DNA from: an uncultured delta proteobacterium
GTDB lineage: Bacteria; Desulfobacterota; Binatia; UBA9968
Length of the DNA stretch: 64,000 nucleotides
Direction of reading: 5' to 3'
Assembly: GCA_963816145.1 (NCBI GenBank)
Contig: CAWFJP010000003.1
Span: 839,848-903,847, forward strand
In this document: piece after piece, positions 30,441-37,891 of the stretch
Layout of the letters: each line of letters begins with the position of its first letter
How positions within the stretch are numbered: the stretch's first letter is position 1
Notes under the pieces: generated by a model
What the model was told of the DNA's origin: nothing
Databases searched by the model: none
The model's input: the letters and a program-made list of their open reading frames with translations, nothing else
Made by a program: the position numbers and the translations under genes

Positions 30441-31475
30441 ATGGACCACCCCAAAGAAATCCAGGAGTTGAATGATCTATTGACACCGCGCTGGGTCTCG
30501 GGCTTGTGGAATGTCGATCACGCCGAGCGGCCATCCGATCCGAAGACGCGCGTCAAAGCCCACCTGTGGAAGTGGCACGATATCTACGACAGCCTGGTAC
30601 AAGCCAAAGACAAGATTTCCGTTGCCAGCGGCAGCGTCGAGCGACGGGTGATTCGCCTGGTCAATCCCGGCATGGCCGAGACCGAGATGACCAGCCACAC
30701 GATCCTGTTATCGTTCCAATTGATCCAGCCCGGCGAAGTCGCGCCCGGCCATCGCCATACCATGTCGGCGTTTCGCTTCATCCTCCAAGGGCATGGCGCC
30801 TACACCAACGTCGACGGCAACAAGATGGTGATGGAGTCCGGCGACTTGATTCTTACGCCGCACGGCTGCTGGCACGAGCACGCACACGAAGGCGATGAGA
30901 ATATGGTTTGGATCGACGGCCTCGACGTCCCCTTCGTTCAAGCGCTGCAGCAAATATCGTTCGATCCTTACAAACAGGGCCGTTTGCCGGTCAACGAAGC
31001 GATCGACCCGACGACGTTCTATGGCATGACGCGTCCGGTCGGCAGCTCGATTCCAGAAAGCCCACGCGTGCTGCACTATCACTGGAGCGACACCTACGCT
31101 GCGCTGCAACGCTTGGCGAAAACGTCAGGCGATCCCTACGACGGCGTAGCGCTGGAATTCATCAACCCCGCCACCGGCGGCGCCACCTTGCCGACCATGT
31201 CCTGCCGAATCCAAATGTTGAGAGCCAACGAAAAAACCAAATCCCACCGCCACACCAGCACCAGTATCTACCACGCCTTCCGCGGCAGCGGCACGACGAC
31301 CATCGACGGGAAACCCTTCCACTGGCAAAAAGGCGACACGTTCATCGTGCCGCTGTGGGCGTCGCATGAACATGCCAATGCGTCGTCCACCGACGAAGCG
31401 ATTTTGTTCTCGATGCACGATGAGCCGATCTTGCAGGCGTTTGGGTTGTACCGAGAGGAAGCATCATCAAACTAG
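30441..31475 (+). CDS. Gentisate 1,2-dioxygenase-like bicupin (paralogue of 15718-16770)
   Basis: ERRVIRLVNPG, GHRHT, WHEH, SHRHT. Confidence 0.85.
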   Translation: MDHPKEIQELNDLLTPRWVSGLWNVDHAERPSDPKTRVKAHLWKWHDIYDSLVQAKDKISVASGSVERRVIRLVNPGMAETEMTSHTILLSFQLIQPGEVAPGHRHTMSAFRFILQGHGAYTNVDGNKMVMESGDLILTPHGCWHEHAHEGDENMVWIDGLDVPFVQALQQISFDPYKQGRLPVNEAIDPTTFYGMTRPVGSSIPESPRVLHYHWSDTYAALQRLAKTSGDPYDGVALEFINPATGGATLPTMSCRIQMLRANEKTKSHRHTSTSIYHAFRGSGTTTIDGKPFHWQKGDTFIVPLWASHEHANASSTDEAILFSMHDEPILQAFGLYREEASSN

Positions 31476-31486
31476 CTGGAGAATGA

Positions 31487-32424
31487 ATGACCAAGTTCGG
31501 AGTTTTTCTACCGGTCTCCGGCCGCGCCGCCAGCCGTAAGACACTCATGCAAGCGGCGCAAGAGGCGGAAGCGCTTGGCTACGATTCGGTGTGGGCCGCC
31601 GACCGTTTGGTGATCCCATGGAAAATCGAAACGACGTACCCGTACAGTAAAGAAGCGACGTTCATCGTCCCGCCCGACCGGCCGTTCTTCGACACCATGA
31701 CTTGCCTGGCGTTCCTGGCCGGCTGCACGGAAACTATCCAGTTGGGCATGAGCGTCATGGTGCTGCCCTACCGCCATCCGCTACATTGGTCGCGCATCGC
31801 CACCACCATCGATCAATTGTCTGACGGTCGACTGATCCTCGGAGTCGGCGTCGGCTGGATGGAAGAAGAGTTCGCCGCCATGAACGCACCGTTCAAAGAG
31901 CGTGGCCAAGTATCCGACGAACAATTGACGCTGGTCAAACAGTTGTGGAGCGAAGAGCATATTACTTTCCACGGCAAGTATTATCAGGCCAACGACATCG
32001 CGTTTTTGCCCAAGCCCTATCAGAAACCCCGGCTGCCGATCTGGGTCGGCGGCGAAGGCAAATTCGCCCAGCGCCGGGCCGGCCGATTCGGCGACGCCTG
32101 GTTTCCTTATTTCGTCAAAGTGACGCCGGAGCAGCTCGCTGCCGGATACGATATCGTCCGCGCCGAAGCGAAAAAAGCCGGCCGCAACCCGGACGAGGTT
32201 AAGCTGGCATGCTGCCTGCCGGTAGAGCTGACGCCGAACGATGGGCCGCCGATAACCGACTATCTCAAGGGCAGCATGCGACAGGTCACCGAACGGTTGA
32301 AACAGTTCATCGCCGTCGGCGCCATCCACATCGGCCTGCAGTTCATGATCCCGCACTATCCCGAGCGCCGCGAGCAGATCGAACGCTTCGCCAAGGAAGC
32401 GCTGGCGGAGTTGAAGCGTCGTGA
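31487..32424 (+). CDS. LLM-class (F420/flavin-dependent) oxidoreductase; true stop uncertain (ORF reads to 32707)
   Basis: GYDSVWAAD, IDQLSDGRLILGVGVGW, PIWVGG; the tail beyond about 32420 runs through repeats. Confidence 0.85.
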
Positions 32425-32852
32425 TCGTTGCCGTGTAGATTCTATTCTCCACGAAGGTATGAATGAGCACGCTGGGTCTACAGAGTATGAACATTTGCCG
32501 ATCTTCGTGCCACTCCGTGATTACTATTCCTTGAAGCGTATGCGCGGCGGCGGCAAATTTGCGGGGTACGAAATTTCTCGAATTCGGAAACTTATCGCCG
32601 GTAAGACGCGAAGCCTCGTGCGAAGTTCGGACGCGCCAGATCGATATTCCTGCGAATTATGTTCACTATTTCTGAGGAGGCACGAAGGACATGAAGGGTT
32701 CGGATAACTACTTTTCCGAACTTCGTTGTGGCTCTTCCCCTGTGCCTTCGTGGTGCAAATATCCGTCACAAAACAACTCCACAGCTTGAACTTCCCACCG
32801 GAGGTGGATAAAAAATAGTACCGACAATCACGGAGAAAGAAGGATAGTTTTC

Positions 32853-33857
32853 ATGGCCAATTTACCCAGAGTTGCGTTGATTTTAACCGGCGGCACCATC
32901 GACTCGGTGGGCAAGGACCGTCTCGATCTCGCTTGGTACATCGAAGCGGGCAAGCGTTTGAACGACGGCGAGCTGCTCCAGCAGTTGCCCGAGCTCAAGG
33001 AGATCGCGCAAGTCGAGGAACTGCCGTTCCGCCGCCTGCCGAGCCACGCGCTGGTGGACAAAGACTGGCTCGATCTGGTGCGCACCATCGACAAAATCTT
33101 CGACGAAGACAAAGCCGACGGCATTGTCATCACCCACGGCACCAACACCATCGAAGAAACCGCCTACTTTTTAAATCTCGTGCTCAAGACCGATAAGCCG
33201 GTGGTCGTCGTCGGCTCTATGCGGCCGTCGTCGGCGATCAGCGCGGACGGTTATTTGAATCTCGTGAACGCGGTGAAAGTCGCCGCCGACCCGAGTTCCC
33301 GCGGCCGCGGCTGTTTGCTGGTGATGAACGATACGATTTTCAACGGCCGCGACGTGACCAAAAACGCCACCTATCGAGTGGAAGCTTTTCAGTCGCGCGA
33401 CTTGGGTCCGCTCGGCTTCGCCGACGGCGACGGCAAGATCGTCTACTACCACACGCCGGTGCGCAAGCACACGACGGCTACCGAGTTCGACGTGCGCAAT
33501 TTGGAATCGCTGCCGCGCGTCGACATGGTGCTTTCCTACGTCGGCGCCGACGGGACTATGATCGAGGCGGCGGCCAAAGCCGGCGCCAAGGGGATCGTCA
33601 GCGCCGGCACCGGCGCCGGCCGGCCGACGCCGGCGGAAGATGCCGCCTTCGATAAATGTTTCAAGGAAACCGGCATGCTCATGTGCTTATGCAGCCGCGT
33701 CGCCTCCGGCCGGGTCGTGCGCAGCCCGGGATTGCAGCGGCGCGGTTTTGTCGCCGGCGACAACCTGCAGCCCTGGAAAGCGCGCTTGCTGCTCGCCCTG
33801 GCGTTGACCAAGACTACCAACCCCGACGAGATCCAGCGCATGATCGATACTTACTAA
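32853..33857 (+). CDS. L-asparaginase family protein
   Basis: LTGGTI, ITHGTNTIEETAY, GSMRP, SADG, VTK, GTGAG, KARLLL. Confidence 0.88.
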   Translation: MANLPRVALILTGGTIDSVGKDRLDLAWYIEAGKRLNDGELLQQLPELKEIAQVEELPFRRLPSHALVDKDWLDLVRTIDKIFDEDKADGIVITHGTNTIEETAYFLNLVLKTDKPVVVVGSMRPSSAISADGYLNLVNAVKVAADPSSRGRGCLLVMNDTIFNGRDVTKNATYRVEAFQSRDLGPLGFADGDGKIVYYHTPVRKHTTATEFDVRNLESLPRVDMVLSYVGADGTMIEAAAKAGAKGIVSAGTGAGRPTPAEDAAFDKCFKETGMLMCLCSRVASGRVVRSPGLQRRGFVAGDNLQPWKARLLLALALTKTTNPDEIQRMIDTY

Positions 33858-33881
33858 TCCCGCCTCTCCGCCGTTGCTGTT

Positions 33882-33953
33882 TGTAACTTGAAGCATAATG
33901 TTGCCGAAATGGCAGCATTATGCTTCCAAGTTTTCTCGGCAACATTATGCTTT
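33882..33953 (+). repeat. Tn7-like end, copy 1 (putative TnsB-binding sites)
   Basis: TGTAACTT then GAAGCATAATGTTGCC (33890-33905); inverted copies at 33911-33926 and 33938-33953. Confidence 0.65.
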
Positions 33954-34517
33954 CCAGAATCGAGTTCAAATATTCTCGGCGGGCGCAACAGGCTGAAATC
34001 ACAAACAATTGTTTTGATTTAACTTTGCACTCCACAGCGCCGCGGACCATAGGGTCGAGATCCCACCGGCTGTGTGATCATCGACCACCGGACGTTTCCG
34101 GCCGGAGAAAGCGCAGGGCTAGAGAAGGCAAACCCTTTGCGGGTCAGCTTACTGAGTACCGCTCGGCATATTCTTTTGGCTCGACCTCGGTTGGAACGGT
34201 TATCCGAGTAGTGGACCTCACTTCAGCTCACGCAATCGACTTGACCGATTATAATGATTGGTAACACGGTTAACTGAGGTAGTTCACAAGCCTGCGGGCT
34301 AATGTTGGCGATCTTCTGATTTGCCGGATTGATTATTCGTGTCGGTGGAAACTAGAAGGGGTCTTCGCATCTCTTCGCATTCTCAGCGATTCGTATTCTA
34401 GTTAGTTTTGACAACCTGTGACCTAGTCGACGACAAATTTGACATTTTTACATCCTATCCAAGAGAGATTCTCTGTGTTTCCTCGTCGCCCCACTCGCTT
34501 TCTGGCTGGCACCTATC

Positions 34518-34532
34518 TGGCATCTTGATTGC
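34518..34532 (+). promoter_or_regulatory. Sigma-54 (-24/-12) promoter candidate
   Basis: TGGCATCTTGATTGC = GG-N10-GC. Confidence 0.45.
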
Positions 34533-34770
34533 TGTTAGTTTTCTGTAGTTCACCGTCAGGAGGGAAGCAATGCCAAAAATCGTAAAGGAGCCATTCGCCC
34601 CAAAGAGACGATTTTTGAACCTCCATAAAACTCGCATCCGTGGTGGCGTGGACTTTTTGCCAACATTTCTCTGAATTTCTTGAAAGCTTAATCCTGGTGA
34701 GATGATCCGAGAGCGCAATGATGATTGCCGGTAACTGCCGCAAACAAATTTGAAGGAGAGGGGCGAGACA

Positions 34771-34917
34771 ATGAACGCCGAAATGGACGATGGGTGTACG
34801 TGTCCACGATGTCACGACCACATTCCAGCGCAGTTCTACTGCCGTCATTGCGGCTACCTGCCGGACTGGCGGCAGAGGGCGTCCGAGAAGCACGAGATAC
34901 GCAAGGAAGCGGCGTAG
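34771..34917 (+). CDS. 48-aa zinc-ribbon microprotein (not in ORF track)
   Basis: RBS aaggagagggg; MNAEMDDGCTCPRCHDHIPAQFYCRHCGYLPDW...; CxxC...CxxC. Confidence 0.65.
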   Translation: MNAEMDDGCTCPRCHDHIPAQFYCRHCGYLPDWRQRASEKHEIRKEAA

Positions 34918-35215
34918 ACGCGAGCTAGTTAACGAGCAACGAAATGTTGAAACTGAAAGCTGAACGTATGCGGAAAGCAAAGGAGGAAGACCTGAAAGAA
35001 AAAGCTGAGCGTCTGTGGAAAGCTGGTCAAGTATAACTTTCTTCATGGAAAGAAGGACCATCCCCACCGCCGAGGCGCCTCGCGTGCGACCCGCCCCAAT
35101 CGCCGGCCCACTCGCGTCACCAAGCAGTTATGTCGATCGAGTGAGCGCTGATAGTTCTGCGAAGCTACGCCTTCGATACTGATACGACCCTAGTGACTAT
35201 TCCCTTATTCAGGAG

Positions 35216-35449
35216 CTAATCGGTAACAATCAGGCACGGCAGCGGGGATTCTTCGCCAAAGTCGAGCAAGTCTTTTGCCGTTTCTAAGTCGACGACAGCA
35301 TAATTGTCTTCTGGGCCATCTACAACTACACAACACGCCGGATCCTTGCTATCGAGTCCACGGTTGACTTCGCGGCAGGCGGCAAGCGCTTCCCCTTCAG
35401 TGTCGAAAAATTCACAAAAATCCATCATGGGTTCAGTATATTTTTTCAT
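35216..35449 (-). CDS. 77-aa acidic Cys-containing hypothetical protein, copy 1
   Basis: Three diverged copies keep frame and length; motif VVDGPEDNYAVVD. Confidence 0.75.
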   Translation of the reverse strand: MKKYTEPMMDFCEFFDTEGEALAACREVNRGLDSKDPACCVVVDGPEDNYAVVDLETAKDLLDFGEESPLPCLIVTD

Positions 35450-35518
35450 GACATGGGACGCGATTTGACTGCTTTCTTTTTTGAAGAGGGCTTACGCCTT
35501 AAATAAAGATTTGACCCC
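35216..35518 (-). mobile_element. ~303-bp GGGGTCA-ended module, copy 1
   Basis: Shared with 36348-36650 and 37546-37848; similarity runs from GGGGTCAAATC to the ORF stop codon. Confidence 0.65.
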
Positions 35519-35664
35519 ACTCCTCCGTCTGACCCCACTCCTCCGTCGTTGCGATCTCCACATCGCATGAGACCAAAGGATGGTCTCAGCCCCACCGGCA
35601 AACGCTAATGGACGATATTTTCTAAGAACTGAAGAAATGATTTAAGGAAAATTTCTTAACACTA

Positions 35665-35700
35665 AAAAGCCGCCAGACCCCTCGCGGGACGTGGCGGCTT
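35665..35700 (-). terminator. Rho-independent terminator of the basic protein gene
   Basis: aagccgcca...tggcggctt stem followed by a T-run on the minus strand. Confidence 0.6.
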
Positions 35701-35725
35701 AGTTGAATCAGAAGTTAGCCCCGGA

Positions 35726-36058
35726 TTACTTCTTGCCGGCTTTCTTCGCCGCCCAGTAAGCCTTCAATTTGGCCGACAACTTCGCTCTGGTCGCCGAACT
35801 AAATGTTTTCTTCTTGGCCTTCGTAGTGGGTTTGACTGGTTGCGTTGCTGGTTTAGCTCGTCGCAAGTTCGCCGATCTTGCTTTTTGAGCTACCGCAATT
35901 TTCTTTTTTGTGGCGGCGCTCATAGTCCGCTTTGACACAGCTCCGGATTTGGCAGACCCACCGAGGATACTACGGAGCTCGTTGTTCAGAGCCTCGATTT
36001 GTTCTTTGATCGCGGTAGCGCGTTTGAGTTGGGTAATTGTAAGGTCAAATAAATTCAT
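35726..36058 (-). CDS. Small Lys/Ala-rich basic protein (histone-like/nucleoid-associated candidate)
   Basis: N-terminal coiled coil plus two repeats MSAATKKKIA..QKAR / FSSATRAKLS..LKAYWA. Confidence 0.7.
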   Translation of the reverse strand: MNLFDLTITQLKRATAIKEQIEALNNELRSILGGSAKSGAVSKRTMSAATKKKIAVAQKARSANLRRAKPATQPVKPTTKAKKKTFSSATRAKLSAKLKAYWAAKKAGKK

Positions 36059-36347
36059 GGGGTCACTTAACATTCAAAGCCGCTGGAAATCAAGCACCGG
36101 CCAGATTCAAACAATACCGTCGCAAAAAGTGTATGCCTTTGTCAAAATTGATGGTGGAACAGATAGCATTCTCAGGTGTTTTTTTTAGTTTTTCACGTGT
36201 CGATTACGAATAACGAGCATGCAGATAGCTTTTATCGCAGCGCGAACAGGATGAGCGGAAATTGAATCGGCCAAGCAGGTTTTTCGCTTGGATTCATAAT
36301 TCAAGAAGGATTGTTAATAACTCGGGGCATACCTAGGATCGCAGTAG

Positions 36348-36581
36348 CTAATCGGTAACAATCAAGCACGACAGCGGGGAGTCTTCGCCATAGTCGAGCA
36401 AGTCCTTTGCCGTATCCCAGTCGACGACAGCGTAATTGTTTTCCGGGCCGTCCACGACCACAGAACACCCCGGGTCCTTGCTGTTCAGTCCGCGATTGAC
36501 GTCACGGCAGGCGGCAATCGCTTCCTCTTCCGTGTCGAAACATTCACAATAATCCATCATGGGTTCAGTACGCTTTTTCAT
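36348..36581 (-). CDS. 77-aa hypothetical protein, copy 2
   Basis: Homologous to 35216-35449. Confidence 0.75.
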   Translation of the reverse strand: MKKRTEPMMDYCECFDTEEEAIAACRDVNRGLNSKDPGCSVVVDGPENNYAVVDWDTAKDLLDYGEDSPLSCLIVTD

Positions 36582-36650
36582 GACATGGGAAGCGATTTGA
36601 CTGCTTTCTTTTTTGAAGAGGGCTTACGCCTTAGATAAAGATTTGACCCC
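36348..36650 (-). mobile_element. ~303-bp GGGGTCA-ended module, copy 2
   Basis: Ends in ...AGATAAAGATTTGACCCC at 36650. Confidence 0.65.
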
Positions 36651-36665
36651 AATTCCGCAATTCCG

Positions 36666-37254
36666 CGCGGTGAAAGTCGCCGCCGACCCGAGTTCCCGCG
36701 GCCGCGGCTGTTTGCTGGTGATGAACGATACGATTTTCAACGGCCGCGACGTGACCAAAAACGCCACCTATCGAGTGGAAGCTTTTCAGTCGCGCGACTT
36801 GGGTCCGCTCGGCTTCGCCGACGGCGATGGCAAGATCGTCTACTACCACACGCCGGTGCGCAAGCACACGACGGCGACCGAGTTCGACGTGCGCAATTTG
36901 GAATCGCTGCCGCGCGTCGACATGGTGCTTTCCTACGTCGGCGCCGACGGGACTATGATCGAGGCGGCGGCCAAAGCCGGCGCCAAGGGGATCGTCAGCG
37001 CCGGCACCGGCGCCGGCCGGCCGACGCCGGCGGAAGATGCCGCCTTCGATAAATGTTTCAAGGAAACCGGCATGCTCATGTGCTTATGCAGCCGCGTCGC
37101 CTCCGGCCGGGTCGTGCGCAGCCCTGGACTGCAACGGCGCGGCTTCGTCGCCGGCGACAACCTGCAGCCCTGGAAAGCGCGCTTGCTGCTCGCGCTTGCG
37201 TTGACCAAGACCACCAACCCCGACGAGATCCAGCGCATGATCGATACTTACTAA
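36666..37254 (+). pseudogene. Duplicated 3' part of the asparaginase gene (no native start)
   Basis: Matches 33269-33857 with only synonymous differences. Confidence 0.9.
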
Positions 37255-37279
37255 TCCCGCCTCTCCGCCGCTGCTGTTG

Positions 37280-37351
37280 TGTAACTTGAAGCATAATGTT
37301 GCCGAAATGGCAGCACTATGCTTCCAAGTTTTCTCGGCAACATTATGCTTT
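37280..37351 (+). repeat. Tn7-like end, copy 2
   Basis: Same TGTAACTTGAAGCATAATGTTGCC end, 25 bp after the duplicated stop codon. Confidence 0.65.
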
Positions 37352-37545
37352 CCAGAATCGAGTTCAAATAATCTCGGCGGGCGCAACAGGCTGAAATCAC
37401 AAACAAATTTTTCGAACGTGTACGTATCTCTTATCCTACGTGAATAGGTTCAGCGAAAATCAAATCAGTCAAACCGATGATTCGGTTGGATTCATACGTC
37501 GGGAAAGATAGTCGATAATCAAGGCCGGGCGCCGGCATGCGGTGA

Positions 37546-37779
37546 CTAATCGGTAACAATCAGGCACTGCAGCTGGGATTTTTCGCCGAAGTCGAGCAGG
37601 TCTTTTGCTGCTTCTAAATCGACAACAGCGTAGTTGTCTTCCGGGCCATCCACGACTGCACAGCATGCCGGGTCCTTGCTGTTCAGTCCGTGATTGACTT
37701 CGCGGCAGGCGGCAATCGCTTCCTCTTCAGTGTCGAAAAATTCACAAAAATCCATCATGGGTTCAGTATACTGTTTCAT
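37546..37779 (-). CDS. 77-aa hypothetical protein, copy 3
   Basis: Homologous to 35216-35449. Confidence 0.75.
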   Translation of the reverse strand: MKQYTEPMMDFCEFFDTEEEAIAACREVNHGLNSKDPACCAVVDGPEDNYAVVDLEAAKDLLDFGEKSQLQCLIVTD

Positions 37780-37848
37780 GACATTGATAAAGATCTGACT
37801 GCGTTCTTTTTTGAAGAGGGCTTACGCCTTAGATAATGATTTGACCCC
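37546..37848 (-). mobile_element. ~303-bp GGGGTCA-ended module, copy 3
   Basis: Ends in ...AGATAATGATTTGACCCC at 37848. Confidence 0.65.
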
Positions 37849-37891
37849 TTCTCCCCCCTCCCTCTAAACCGAGCACACCGAAATAATCAGC

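Larger units (their letters stand above)
36666..37406 (+). repeat. 741-bp direct repeat of 33269-34008
   Basis: Starts at cgcggtgaaag and ends at cacaaacaa in both copies. Confidence 0.92.

Noticed and set aside
33890-33926. Simple rho-independent terminator of the asparaginase gene
   Set aside because: The stem is AT-rich with no immediate U-tract, and the same 16-mer recurs a third time and again 30 kb away, which fits binding sites better. It is not fully excluded.
36613-37254. 213-aa ORF as an independent asparaginase gene
   Set aside because: Its N-terminus (MKRAYALDKDLTP...) is read through the module end and filler, and it lacks the TGGT and HGT catalytic motifs.
33269-37406. Diversity-generating retroelement template/variable repeat pair
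   Set aside because: Differences are synonymous and not adenine-specific, the repeat is 740 bp, and no reverse transcriptase is visible.
35216-37848. CRISPR array or integron cassette array
   Set aside because: Repeats are ~300 bp and protein-coding with kb-scale spacing; no cas genes, attC-like palindromes or integrase were recognised.
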